Positions 26,334 to 38,614 of a stretch of 64,000 nucleotides of DNA are shown here, one piece after another (positions within the stretch are counted from its first letter, which is position 1; each line of letters begins with the position of its first letter). Source of the stretch: Octopus bimaculoides (lineage: Eukaryota). Position numbers and translations under genes: made by a program. A model generated the notes under the pieces. The model ran no database searches. It saw only the letters and a program-made list of their open reading frames with translations, and was not told where the DNA came from. The DNA is taken from contig NC_068987.1 in assembly GCF_001194135.2 (NCBI RefSeq), positions 7,635,968-7,699,967 of the forward strand, in the 5' to 3' direction.

Positions 26334-26899
26334 NNNNNNNNNNNNNNNNNNNNNNNNNNNNNNNNNNNNNNNNNNNNNNNNNNNNNNNNNNNNNNNNNNN
26401 NNNNNNNNNNNNNNNNNNNNNNNNNNNNNNNNNNNNNNNNNNNNNNNNNNNNNNNNNNNNNNNNNNNNNNNNNNNNNNNNNGTGTGTGTGTGTGCACACA
26501 CGCGCACGAAAGCATCTATTTGAGTAAAGAAAGTAAAGAATTAATTAAAAAGAAAGAATATGTATATATAGGTTTGTATATTATATTACCTCTGATCCAC
26601 GATGGAGGGAAATGTTTTATTTACCGCTGTTAAAGTTGATTTTGTTAGGAGGAAACAGCTTTACGAGAGTTTTCTTATTCACTGATAACAATTTGTCTTA
26701 CAGACACACGCGCGCGCACATTGCACGCTTGTATACGTATGCGGTGCGTCTGTATATATGTGCGTGTGTGTGTGTGTGTGTTTGTACCGATTATGTATAT
26801 GAATACATGTGCGCTTCTATGTGTACGTATGCGTGCGTGTGTCTTGTGTAGTAGGAGAGAGGAGTGCCAATTCTTACACTTTAGGGAAGGCAAAAGAAA

Positions 26900-27345
26900 A
26901 AAAATCTTATATAACTTCCGGTTATTAAGGAAGAGGAACTACACGGTTTTGCCTCCAACTGTGTCAGTTTCGCGTGATTTTTTTTTTTCTTAATATTTTC
27001 TTTTCTTGTCCAAACAAGACTAAGATCGTCTGTGATCCTGCTGCTATAAATACAGATTTCTTACATATGCGAGAGGCTTCGAATTTGAAGGAATGGCACG
27101 CTCGATTTTATCAATCCCCCAGGAGGATAAAAAGAGCAAGGTTGGTTTCAATGGTATTTGAAGTCAGAACGTTAGGAGGCGGAATAATTTACAAGTTATC
27201 TTGTCCGATGCGCTAACGATTTTACCAATCTATAACGTGGCAAACATTGTAAACGTCAACAAATCGAATCCGTGAAAACTTAAACATAACTACACAAATG
27301 TACCCCCTCATCGACTTAAGCATAACTACACAAATGTGCCCCTTA
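26900..27345. promoter_or_regulatory. Candidate promoter region between the divergent RLIG1 and C6orf89 genes
   Basis: Locally CpG-rich by eye; ETS-type ACTTCCGG at 26914-26921; ACTACA at ~26938 and twice in a tandem CATAACTACACAAATGT.CCCC at ~27285-27342. No TSS data. Confidence 0.3.
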
Positions 27346-27877
27346 GCGAAATTTATTTGTTTTTTTTTTATAACTTTCTTTAAATTATAATATTTTTTAA
27401 TGAAATTTTCTCCAAATACGCTTCAGACTATGTAAATTACGATTATTTCAGAATTTGTTGGGAAAATATTTTTGTACATGAGTAAAAAGCGTTTCGGATA
27501 TTTCACACGAATCGACTTTGTTTCCTCATACATTTTCATAATGTATATTACAATTATATTGGGGAAAATATTACTTTTGAGGATTATTCCAGCCTTTCCC
27601 CTTCAAGAATTTGTTAAATAAATATTTAAAAAATTAATTAGCCTAACCCCAACTTGGGCCTATAGTATACCCAACAGCCATACAAACAAATTCGCCTATT
27701 TTTTATCTTTCGCTTATTTCAGTCTGCGGCCTTGCTGGGGCAATGCCTCGATAATTTCTTTTGTTTGTTTTTTTAGTCGAATGAATCAACCTTAGTATTT
27801 ATTTGTTTTTTTTTTAACCTGGTACTTATTCTATAGGTCTCTTCGGGCGAACCGCTACATTACACACACACACACAC

Positions 27878-27937
<60 letters not shown>

Positions 27938-28619
27938 TAAGGCACTCAGAAATCTGGATGTTTGTACATTTACAGATTTTTATTAATGTCACATATTAAA
28001 TAAAGCGCTTTTCACCTGGTCGTGCAGGATTTTCAAATATATATACGTAAATGTCGAACAACGGGAATGAGTGCTCAACATCGCATTAGTGGATAAAATT
28101 TCTTTATTCCTCCATGTGATCGGCTAGAAAAATTGCTAAGACAGTAAGGTAATTTTCTTAACATGAAACCAAAGGTAACTTCAATACACACGCACGCACA
28201 CATGAGCAATGCATCCCGGCGTTGCCCAGATAATATGATTTATTCCTTTATTATGGGCACAAGGATCAACTTTGGTTATCATCCTTCAGGGCCCAATAAA
28301 CTAAAGCACCAGTCAAGTACAAAGGTCGAGGTATCGAATTAGTCCCACCCTTCATAATTGCTGGCCTTGTGCGAGAATTAGAAAGAAGTTTTACAAACTA
28401 AACTAAAATGGCGAGCTGGTTGAATCGGTGGAGCGTTGGACCTGACGGTATTTTTCCAGAGTTCAAATTCAACTGACGTCAACTTTTCCTTTCGTCCTTT
28501 TGGGTCGATGAAATAAGTACCAGTCGAGCACTGGAAGTCAAAATAATCGACTCCCACCTTCCCTTAAGATTGCTGGCCTCGTGTCGAAATTTGAAACCAT
28601 TTTGAATAACTAATAACTA

Positions 28620-28997
28620 GGAGCAAGAGTGGATGTGTGGTAAGTAGCTTGCTTCCCAACCACATGGTTCTGGGCTCCGTCCCACTGCGTGGCACCTTGG
28701 GCAGGTGTCTTCTATGATAGCCTCGGGCTGGCCAAGGCCTTGTGAGTGGATTTGGGAGACGAAAACTGAACGAAGCCTGTCGTATGTGTGTGTGTGTGTT
28801 GTGTGTATTTGCGTGTCTGTGTTTGTCCCCCCAACCATCGCTTGACAACCGATGCTGGTGTGTTTATGTCCCCGTAACTTAGCGGTTCAACAAAAGCGGC
28901 CGATAGAATTAGTACTAGGCTTAGAAAAAAGATATGTCCTGGGGTTTATTTGTTCGAGTAAAGGCGATGCTCCGGCATGACCGCAGTAAAAGAGTAA
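28620..28997 (+). mobile_element. tRNA-derived SINE family B (head GTGTGGTAAGTAGCTTGC, central (TG)n, tail CAGTCAAATGACTGAAACAAGTAAAAG)
   Basis: Near full length. Other copies or fragments at ~2485-2690, 3820-3970, 9895-10060, 19580-19800, 29620-29846, 31405-31620, 33145-33310, 54040-54208, 55040-55160, 58232-58345. Confidence 0.85.
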
Positions 28998-29029
28998 ACC
29001 GAATCAGGCAAAGTTCAAAAACTAATAAA

Positions 29030-29280
29030 ACTTGCGTTTTTGGATTTGGTTTGCAAGATTCTTTAAGTGAGTTTGTGTGTTGAAGCATATTTTGTTGTGT
29101 CTGGGGAGAGTCGTTCTCTTTTAGTGCCTTATAATTTAACACACTCACCGGTAAAATTTCCACTCAAAATATAGAAAAATTAATAAATGAGTGGAAATTT
29201 TTCTTGTGAGTGTGTTAAATTGTAATTTAACACACTCACAAGTAAATGACTCTCCCCAGACACAACAGAATAAAACTTGT
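29030..29280. mobile_element. Palindromic element (TGTGTCTGGGGAGAGTC...AAATTTCCACT / AGTGGAAATTT...CCAGACACAACA)
   Basis: Inverted arms around a short AT spacer; second copy at 53660-53915. Confidence 0.7.
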
Positions 29281-29862
29281 GTGTTATTAATTACAGCCTG
29301 TTACATACTGACTTTAAGTTCAGTCCAGCTCAGCTTTATCCGTTATCCTTCTGGGATTAATAAAATAAAGTAGCGGCCAAGCGATTTACTGTGGTTATTT
29401 TGCACTCGGATTATGAATGGANNNNNNNNNNNNNNNNNNNNNNNNNNNNNNNNNNNNNNNNNNNNNNNNNNNNNNNNNNNNNNNNNNNNNNNNNNNNNNN
29501 NNNNNNNNNNNNNNNNNNNNNNNNNNNNNNNNNNNNNNNNNNNNNNNNNNNNNNNNNNNNNNNNNNNNNNNNNNNNNNNNNNNNNNNNNNNNNNNNNNNN
29601 NNNNNNNNNNNNNNNNNNNTGTGTGTGTGTGTGTGTGTGTGTGTATGTTTGTGTGTCTATGTTTGTCCCCCACCATCGCTTGACAACCGATGCTGGTGTG
29701 TTTACGTCCCCGTAACTTAGCGGTTCGGCAAAAGACACCGATAGAATAAGTACTAGGCATCCAGAGAATAAGTCCTGGGGTCGGTTTGTGCGACTAAAGG
29801 CGGTGCTCCAGCATGGCCGCAGTCAAATGACTGAAACAAGTAAAAGGGTAATATGAGAGATC

Positions 29863-30059
29863 ACTACATGGATCACTTGTATGCTAAAAATAGACGTCAA
29901 ACCGTCTTATCACTAAATCTGTGGTCTAATTAAGAGCTACGTTTATTTCTTTTCATTTGTCTAGCTCGTAAACATCAAGCGTGTTACTAAGTTGAGAACA
30001 CAGATGTAGTGGTAAGACGGTTTGGCATCTATTTTTAGCATATAAGGGATCCATATAGT
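29863..30059. mobile_element. Fold-back MITE with ~61-bp inverted arms
   Basis: 29863-29923 vs 29999-30059, about 8 mismatches; one arm recurs at ~56420-56482. Confidence 0.7.
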
Positions 30060-30796
30060 TTATTTAATATGTCAGTTGTAAGGGAGGTAACTCTGTTCTT
30101 CATATTTTATATTTCATATATTTTTCACTTACATTTTGTTAAGAACCTGTTCTTCAGTTTTGATTCCCAATCAGAACGGTTGTAAAAACGTTACTATCGT
30201 AAGCACGCTGGACAAAATACTTGGCAGCATTTCTTTCTGATAATCATCATGCTCTGAGTTCAAATTTTATCGAGATCGACTTTACTTTCATATTTACGGA
30301 GTCGATAGAATAGGTACCAGCTGACCACTGAAATCGATGTAATCCTACCGTTAAAAATTACTGGACATGCACCAAACTTTAGAAAGAATAGCATTCTTTG
30401 GTTACTTTAATATAAGAGGGACTGAGAAATTTGACAAGGATCTGGTCTAGCACTGGGACACATTCGGGTATTTAGGGTAATGGAAGCGACAATGTCAGGA
30501 ATGGTGCCTTTGTTGTATAGAAGCACGCCATGCGTGCGTGCGTGCGTGCGTGCGTGCGTACTTGCGTGTGTGTGCATAAAATGTAAAAACACTACTGTGC
30601 CGAGTTGCGTCCCTTGATATTTAAAGGGAGTTTAGTCATTCGATAGATCTCGATCAGAGGTACTCAAGCTTTTGGGGCCACTGCACCCCCTCGTGGCCAT
30701 ATAATACCTTCAACGCCTCCACCCCTATTTTTATGTATAAATAAGTATTTTATATTCTACTAATTTATATATATACTATGAATCATTTGATATTCA

Positions 30797-31382
30797 ATAT
30801 AATATTAGGATCTATTTTAAAACGGGGGCCACATTTTTCATTAATGTTTTACGTAGTGTTTTTGGTACCGAAAGACTTTCAAACTTCGTATACTTATCTA
30901 TTTTGTGTTATAGAACAGAAAAATATTTTTGTATTCGAATTTATTTCACGTAAAAAATTGTCTTATTTCGATAATTTCAACCAATCACTGACAAGTATTN
31001 NNNNNNNNNNNNNNNNNNNNNNNNNNNNNNNNNNNNNNNNNNNNNNNNNNNNNNNNNNNNNNNNNNNNNNNNNNNNNNNNNNNNNNNNNNNNNNNNNNNN
31101 NNNNNNNNNNNNNNNNNNNNNNNNNNNNNNNNNNNNNNNNNNNNNNNNNNNNNNNNNNNNNNNNNNNNNNNNNNNNNNNNNNNNNNNNNNNNNNNNNNNN
31201 NNNNNNNNNNNNNNNNNNNNNNNNNNNTAACATGGAATAACTTGGGGATTTCTTTTTTTTTTTTAAGAAGACTAAGAGAAAAAGATGTTTTATATGACAC
31301 ATTCTACCAGTGTTCCAAGTTTCAAAGTGTTTCGTTAATGAAAAATGTGGCCCCCGTTTTAAAAAAGATCCTAATATTATAT
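30797..31382. mobile_element. MITE with 48-bp terminal inverted repeats
   Basis: TIRs at 30797-30844 and 31335-31382 differ at one position; the interior spans a gap. Confidence 0.8.
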
Positions 31383-31945
31383 ATTTTGTATACAATACTA
31401 TTCTTTTATTCTTTAACTTGTTTCAGTCATTTGACTGCGGCCATGCTGGAGCACCGCCTTTTAGCTGCGCAAATCGACCCCAGGACTTATATCTTTGTAA
31501 GCATGGTACTTATTCTATCGGGTCATTTTGCCGAACCGCTAAGTTATGGAAACGTAAACGCACCAGCATCGGTTGTCAAGTGATGTTGGCGGGGACAAAC
31601 ATACACACACACACACACAGACGATGGGCTTCTTTCTGCTCTGTTAGTATAACAAGGACGAAAAACACATGTAGAATCACGTTTGTAAACAACAAACAAT
31701 AGATTCTTCACAAACACAGCTGTGAACTCAACACTTGAAGAAATAATCATTTGACACGAAATCTATTTAAGTTTTTCTATTTAACCTCCTATCTAAGTTT
31801 TCTTCATATTTTTTCTTTATTGTTTTTTCTTTGTGGACATTATTTCATTCCTGTTCTTATTAAACTCCTTCATTTTATTATATCGTATTTGTTTAAACAC
31901 CATTTTCCTTCTCCATTCAAAAGCTAAGAAATCACTCATTTCAGA

Positions 31946-32324
31946 ATGAAACGGGGAGATATTTCAGAGTTCTCCAAAGAATTATCTAAATTACGAAAAT
32001 CCAGAAAACAATGGAAATTATTATCAGATGAAGAAATCAACCAATGTTTGGCAAATATTACAGAAACATTTAAACAAAAACCTCCTTTGTTTCAATGCGA
32101 GCAATATATAAACATCATCATTTTGATAATAAAACTAACAGCTACAATCTTATTAGCACTTGGTGTTACTGTCGTATATTTTCCAGACAGTCAATTCTCT
32201 CAGAAACTTATCTCAGGAATGGATGACACCTATTCTTGGTGGTCTCTAAATCATGCTTATACCTGGCAACGATGGATTCGTCATTTAATGCTACCTGTTC
32301 AACCTTTACTCGTTCAAATTATCG
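31946..32324 (+). CDS. C6orf89: C6orf89-like (BRAP) single-pass membrane protein, first coding exon
   Basis: ATG right after a TTTCAG acceptor; hydrophobic segment INIIILIIKLTATILLALGVTVVYF; YTWQRWIRHLMLP resembles human HTWRSLIHHIRLMSLP; donor G/GTATGT. Family assignment rests on recalled similarity across several exons. Confidence 0.72.
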
Positions 32325-32654
32325 GTATGTTGTCTGTATTTAATGACGATGTTTTTTTTAATTCTCCCTGTTCCATATTCGTAGTCCTTTCTAAGCTTGC
32401 TGTCATGCTTCAGTAGATTCTATTGAACCTTCTGGTGTGCGACCAATCGAACCACTTGGTGTTGCAGTGACATTTTTTCTTCCTTTCTTTCTTTCTTTCT
32501 TTCTTTTCTTTTTTCTTTCTTTTTTCTCTCCCTTCTTTGTTTTTTTTTTCGCTTTTTTTGCTTTCTTTGTCTTTCTTTTGCAAAAGCTTATATTATGGAA
32601 GAATCATGACTATTGTCTGGGATTTTTATTTCAATGTCGTTTTCTATTATTCAT

Positions 32655-33082
32655 ATATCATATACATACATACATGATAGCCATCCACTTGTGACCAAGG
32701 AAGACCATTGCTGACCTTCAGGAACATTGTGCGCTCTAGGACTAATATTTTGTATTTGTGGCTCCGTTGGTGACTAATGAGCCCTGCTCTTGACAAGCAT
32801 ACACGACTGCAAACATTTAAAACCAAGCTTTCCCCATTCACTATACGATCCATACATCCATCCATACATACATACATACATACGTACGTACATACATACA
32901 TACATACATACATACATACATACATACGTACATACATACATACATACATACATACATGATGGCTCTAGGACTAATATTTTGTATTTGTGACTCCGTTGGT
33001 GGCTAATGAGCCCTGCTCTTGACAAGCATACACGACTGCAAATATTTAAAACCAAGCTTTCCCCATTCACTATACGAGCCAT
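32655..33082 (-). mobile_element. Tandem pair of RTE-type LINE 3' ends with (TATG)n tracts
   Basis: Two near-identical ~120-nt units encoding the zinc-finger remnant CSRVCLSRAGLISHQRSH, separated and flanked by (TATG)n. Confidence 0.75.
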
Positions 33083-33331
33083 ACATACATACATACATAC
33101 ATACATACATACATACATACATACATACATACGTACGTACGTACATAGGCACAGCGTGGCTGTGTGATAAGAAACTTGCTTCCCAGCCATGTGGTTCTGG
33201 GTTCAGTCCCACTGCATGGCACCCTGAGCAAGTGTCTTTTCTACTATAGCCTCGGACCGACCAAAACCTTGTGAGTGGACGGACACTGAAAGAAGTTCGT
33301 TGTATGTGTGTGTGTGTGTGTGTTATATATA

Positions 33332-33399
<68 letters not shown>

Positions 33400-33469
33400 A
33401 AAGGATAGACTGATAGATACAACTGAGTGGGCAAAGAAAAATATGAGACACTGCCTAGTGCTTTTTATA

Positions 33470-33798
33470 AATTTTGATGAGCCTGGTACTTATTCTATCA
33501 GTTTCTTCTTGTCAAACCAGTAAGTTATGGGGATGTAAATAAACGAACACCAGTTGTGAAGCAGTGATGAGGGAGAAACACAGAGAGAAAGACACACACA
33601 TACACTTACATATATACACACAGATATATATATATACGATTGATTTCTTTCAGTTTCTGTCTACAAAATCCACTCACAAGGCTTTGGTTGGTCTGAGGCT
33701 ATAGCAGGAGACACATGCCAAGTCACCACACAGTGGTACTGAACCCAGGACCATGTGTTTTGGAACCTATTTTCTTACCACACAGCCACACCTGCACC
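33470..33798 (-). mobile_element. SINE family B (diverged)
   Basis: Same modules as 4851-5210. Confidence 0.75.
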
Positions 33799-34282
33799 TA
33801 TGTATGTATGTGTGTGTATGAGTGTATATATGTATGCATGTATATATGTGTGTACATTTTACATGTACATCTATATATATTTACATCTACACAGCTATAC
33901 ATATACAGCTATACATATACATGTATATATATATACATCTATATATATATACATGTATATATANNNNNNNNNNNNNNNNNNNNNNNNNNNNNNNNNNNNN
34001 NNNNNNNNNNNNNNNNNNNNNNNNNNNNNNNNNNNNNNNNNNNNNNNNNNNNNNNNNNNNNNNNNNNNNNNNNNNNNNNNNNNNNNNNNNNNNNNNNNNN
34101 NNNNNNNNNNNNNNNNNNNNNNNNNNNNNNNNNNNNNNNNNNNNNNNNNNNNNNNNNNNNNNNNNNNNNNNNNNNNNNNNNNNNNNNNNNNNNNNNNNNN
34201 NNNNNNNNNNNNNNNNNNNNNNNNNNNNNNNNNNNNNNNNNNNNNNNNNNNNNNNNNNNNNNNNNNNNNNNNNNNNNNNNNN

Positions 34283-34317
34283 TACAAAGACAGTTCTTGT
34301 CTCCTCTTCTCATCAGA
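34283..34317 (+). CDS. Possible 3' end of a C6orf89-like exon mostly hidden in an N gap (YKDSSCLLFSS)
   Basis: Open frame emerging from the gap and ending at GA/GTATGT. Its phase would bridge 32324 (phase 1) and 37233 (phase 2). Only 35 nt are visible. Confidence 0.3.
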
Positions 34318-34981
34318 GTATGTAGACATTTTTTTTTTGTTATTTTGCTATTATTTTTAAATATTTTATTTGTCTTGTTCATATTTTGTTTTTGTTTATT
34401 ATCTTAAAAGAAAACTCTCTTGTGAAAACTGTTTTTGTCGGTGTATAAGACACACTTATTTCTAAATGTATCCAAAAAGTTATATGCATATGTGCAGCAC
34501 CGTTTGTGTGGCAGGTTTTCTACAGCTGGATGCTCTTTCTGATGCCAACCCTTAGCTGTTTTCAAGTGAGACAATCCTTTCCTTCCTCTCTATTAAAGAA
34601 GGCACTAACACTTTCACGCACACACACATATACACACAATGGCAAACTCTGCCTACCAAAATCAATCAGAAGGCTTCAGTTGGCCTGAGGTTGTACCAGA
34701 AGACACTTGCCCAAGCTACCACACAGTGGAACTGAACCCAAACCCATGTGGTTGAGAAGCAAGCTTCCTAACAACACAGCCGTACGATAATTCCCTTGTG
34801 CCTAATCTGGCAGCATTACAGAGAGGAGATGAGTGTCATAGGCTAAGAATGTGGATGCGGACAAGTCGACTTGGTCTGATTATTGTTTACTATTAATAAA
34901 ATATGAGAAACAAGTCAAAGAATTTATGTCTTTTAACACAAATGTATGAAAAGTTGCTTATTGTACCTCAACAGTCATGTG

Positions 34982-35078
34982 GATATGTCACATGGTATGA
35001 TATGTCACATGGTATGATATGTCACATGGTATGATATGTCACATGGTCTGATACGTCATATGGTCTAATATGTCAATA
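34982..35078. repeat. 17-bp tandem repeat (GATATGTCACATGGTAT), about 5-6 copies decaying 3'
   Basis: Direct reading. Confidence 0.85.
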
Positions 35079-35094
35079 TAGGTGCAGGAGTGGC

Positions 35095-35230
35095 TGTGAG
35101 AACTACATTAAAGGTACACATGTCTGTGGAGTGCTCAGCCACTTTCACATTAATTTCTTGAGGAGGCTGTTCCGTTGATCGTATCAGCTGGGACCCTCGT
35201 TTTTACAGCCAATGGAGTGCCAGTTTGTTA
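35095..35230 (+). mobile_element. SINE family A, 3' fragment
   Basis: AAGGTACACATGTCTGTGGAGTGCTCAGCC... matches the family A tail. Confidence 0.7.
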
Positions 35231-36510
35231 TTATTTGCATTATGATTCTCCTTAGACACAACAAAATTTGTTTCAATGCATGAATCCACATCAAGAATCC
35301 TGCAAAGAAAATACAAAAACAAAGTAGAACCGTGTGAAAGTTATTTGACTAAATAATCCATTATTTTCAACATTAATTGTAACAAAGGCGGAGCATTTCA
35401 TCAGAAATACGATAACAAAAGAGTTAAACAGCAAAATCACCTCCTGGACAGGACACCAATCTATCTTGGGCAACATTTCTAGATAACGCTATATCTAATT
35501 CTAGACTGCTCAGTGAACTGATGTCTGTTATGGAATTAAATCTATTGGTAAAATGAACAACAGATCAATGCCGATGCCTTTGGCTACAACCAAATTGATA
35601 GAAATTACATGATAGATATAAACAACACTATACATGACAGAGTGCTGTTGTTATTAATTTTGATGTTGGAACCGGTTGATTCGCTGTAACATCTTTAAAT
35701 ATGGCATCTATGATACTAAGAGCTATGATTAAGAGAAGGATAAAGAACATAACAGTGGTGGTGGTGGTGGTGGTGGTGGTGCTGTGCTTCTTGGAAATTA
35801 TATAAAGGCAAGACATGAATTCTCTATGACTGAATCTCCTCGTATTACAAGATTCCCTGTTTGAGGATTTACTTTCAGTTGCCATGTGATCAACAGATTA
35901 TTAAATCACAGAAAAAGTTCCTTCTAACTTGTACATAAACACACACACACACACACACACATACAAAAAGCGAAAAATGTTTTATTGATGAATTTATGCT
36001 TTTGTTATATACATTTTGCAGTCATGGCTGTGTGATTAAGAAGTTCACTTTGCAACCACATAGCTTTGGGTTCAATCCCACAGTATGGCACCTTCTACTA
36101 TAGCGTCAGGTAGACCAATGCCTTGTGAACGGATTTGGTAGATGGAAAGTGAAAAAAGCCCAAACATACATACATACATATATATATATATTGTGATGAA
36201 AGTTACAAGGCCCCCTGATGAGAGATAGACTGGTCTGAGTAAAGTAGAAATAGTAATGATCCAAATGAGTTCAAAGTTCAGAGTTCGGAGTCAAGTGAAG
36301 TTCGTGTCAGTTTGCAGTGAAGTCAGAAGGTGTTGGTTGTGTGTTGGAAATATTGATTGTTAGTTCATAAAAGATTGTTGGTTCGTTACGTGTTTGTTAC
36401 TGCTGTTGTTTCTATTTTGTATTGTTATAACCTTGTTACAGTGTATTCATTATCTATCCTCAACAACATCAACCGTACAACAGTATTGGAGGCCTAGGGA
36501 TATATCAGAG

Positions 36511-36715
36511 TTGCACCATCTGAAGTTGTTACCTGTTCTGATTCATGGCCCACTTCCTGCGCTTATGATGTTTCATCAACCAAGAGGAGGTGGAAGCTTC
36601 AGTGAAAGAGTTCTTCACCTCGAAGAACAAGAACTAGTATGAGCATGGGATCAAAGAACTGGCAGAAAGGCGGCATCAGATGGTGCAACACTATGGCCTC
36701 TACTTTGAACATTAG
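36511..36715 (+). mobile_element. Decayed mariner transposase C-terminus
   Basis: LAPS...MAHFLRL*CFINQEEVEASVKEFFTSKNKN*YEHGIKELAERRHQMVQHYGLYFEH*; typical mariner C-terminus with stops and a frameshift. Confidence 0.8.
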
Positions 36716-36729
36716 GCTGCTTTTGTTGT

Positions 36730-37109
36730 GGTTGGCACTCCGTCGCTTACGATGACGAGGGTTCCAGTTGATCCGATCAATGGAACAGCCTGCTCGTGAA
36801 ATTAATGTGCAAGTGGCTGAGCACTCCACAGACACGTGTACCCCTTAAAGTAGTTCTCGGGGAGATTCAGCGTGACACAGAGTATGACAAGGCTGGCCCC
36901 CTTGAAATACAGGTAGAAAAGAAACAGGAAGAAAGAGAGAAAGTTGTGGTGGAAGAGTACAGCAGGGTTCACCACCATCCCCTGCTGGAGCCTCGTGGAG
37001 CTTTAGGTGTTTTCACTCAATAAACACTCACAACGCCCGGTCTGAGAATTGAAACTACAATCCTACAATCACGAGTCCACTGCCCTAACCACTGGGCCAT
37101 TGTGCCTCC
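36730..37109 (-). mobile_element. Full-length SINE family A
   Basis: Matches 59571-59963; ~9-10 bp TSD (C)TTTTGTTGT at 36720-36729 and 37109-37118. Confidence 0.88.
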
Positions 37110-37232
37110 TTTTGTTGTAAGTTGATGAATAAAGCAACTAAGATACCAAAATCTTGCAAAACTTTTGACTCAACACAATAATATATCTGTTCATCTTTTA
37201 TTCCATCAAATATGGTAAATCTAACTCCGTAG

Positions 37233-37442
37233 TATGAAGCAACTTGTACGACCATTTCAGAATGCCGGTTCCAAAATGTGTTTTGATGATATCCAACAGT
37301 TTGTCTCTCATGAGATCTCTCACTCTAAACAGAACACATCATCTTTACATCTCTCTGTGGCTGTCTTAGAAGAATTATCCAAAGTGTTTAATCCTGACAT
37401 TAAACACCTCTTAACAGACAATGCTAAGTCACAACATAAATG
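37233..37442 (+). CDS. C6orf89: C6orf89-like internal exon (MKQLVRPFQNAGSKMCFDDIQQF...QHK/W); acceptor either before 37233 or before 37261
   Basis: Open frame ends TG/GTAAGT (phase 2), matching the next exon. FDDIQQF resembles human LEEEIQHF. The 5' boundary is ambiguous. Confidence 0.68.
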
Positions 37443-37684
37443 GTAAGTATAATATCATGCAAGAATTTGTCTCTCTCTTTTTCTTTTTTTCCCCTCTCTT
37501 CTCTCTTTCAATCTGTTGAATGTTAAGAATATCTTGGACAAAACATAAAACTAGTGAAGAAGTACTATAATTAATAAATACGAAAAAATCATTATTCCAA
37601 TGAGACCAAGCTAAATTACCTTGGTCTCATAGTAAGAGCTTAAGGAAACAAGATAAATGGCAAATGTTCAAGGGAAAGATCTAA

Positions 37685-38180
37685 AACAAGGGTTGCCAAA
37701 GGGGGTTCGAAGGACCCCATAGGGGTCAGCGAGGAATTACAGGGGGGGGGGGGTTGATCGATGATAGCCATGGGATCAAATGGGGGTCAGCGTGCGAAAG
37801 ACCAGCTCACTCAGATGAACTGCTTGAAATATTTAGTCAGCGCCATGTTCATCCCTCACATTGATGTTGTTAATTTTAACAAAAGATATTCCAATAATAT
37901 GATGTGCTTTTCACGTTTTCTAACCGTGAAAACAATTTCATAAAAATTGAAAGTTTAATACTGTATACTCGAACACGTAGTTTTAAATGTAAAAAGTGTG
38001 TCATCTTCAATAGAATTTCTTAATTTGTTGTACATGTGTATTTTAGTTAACGTTTAAATTGCCAGCATCAGAACCCGGTACACATTTAAGATATAGTATG
38101 ATAGGGTAGGGTACTAAGATATTTTAAATGAGGAGGGTGGTTGATGCAGAAGGAAAAGTAGCTAAAGGTGGTCGATGGTC
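37685..38180. mobile_element. Possible hAT-like non-autonomous DNA element in a C6orf89 intron
   Basis: Starts CAAGGGTTGCCAAAGGGGG and ends GGTCGATGGTCGAAAAAGTT, resembling hAT MITE termini; no clean TIR or TSD. Confidence 0.35.
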
Positions 38181-38478
38181 GAAAAAGTTGTCTTGATGAC
38201 GATGATGACGATGATGATGATGATGATTTTCTCTGAACTATGGCGGTGAGTTAGCAGAATCATTAGAAGACCACGCAAAATGTTTGGTGGCATTTCATCC
38301 GTTCTTTACAAAGAATAAGGCTTACAAGGAATAAGTCCTAGGGTTGATTTCTTTGACTAAAGCTCTTTAAGACAGTACTCCAGCATGGCCACAGTCAAAT
38401 GACTGAAACGAGTAAAGAAAAAAATAAAAGAATAAAATTATAATAAAAACATCTAAATTCGTTTCTCTTTTTCTAAAG

Positions 38479-38614
38479 GGCCTCTAGAGATTACAGAAGT
38501 GGCCATGTACTGCGTAAATTATTTCCATGGACAAATTCTTTATTGAAGAACATAGAAATTGGCGTTGAAAAATTATTGGTCATCGATGGAGTGACACGAC
38601 CATGGTACAAAATG
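38479..38614 (+). CDS. C6orf89: C6orf89-like exon (ASRDYRSGHVLRKLFPWTNSLLKNIEIGVEKLLVIDGVTRPWYKM)
   Basis: TTCTAAAG/GTAAGC, 136 nt. SGHVLRKLFP resembles human RSQMLRELFP. Confidence 0.75.

Noticed and set aside
34841-34943. Open frame AKNVDADKSTWSDYCLLLIK as the missing C6orf89 exon
   Set aside because: No polypyrimidine tract at the acceptor, and the phase is incompatible with the flanking exons.
35505-35521. TGA as selenocysteine in the candidate C6orf89 exon
   Set aside because: Spacing is not CxxU or UxxC, the frame closes soon after, and no SECIS was identified.
36192-36480. Possible solo LTR (TGT...ACA)
   Set aside because: No matching target-site duplication and no second copy.
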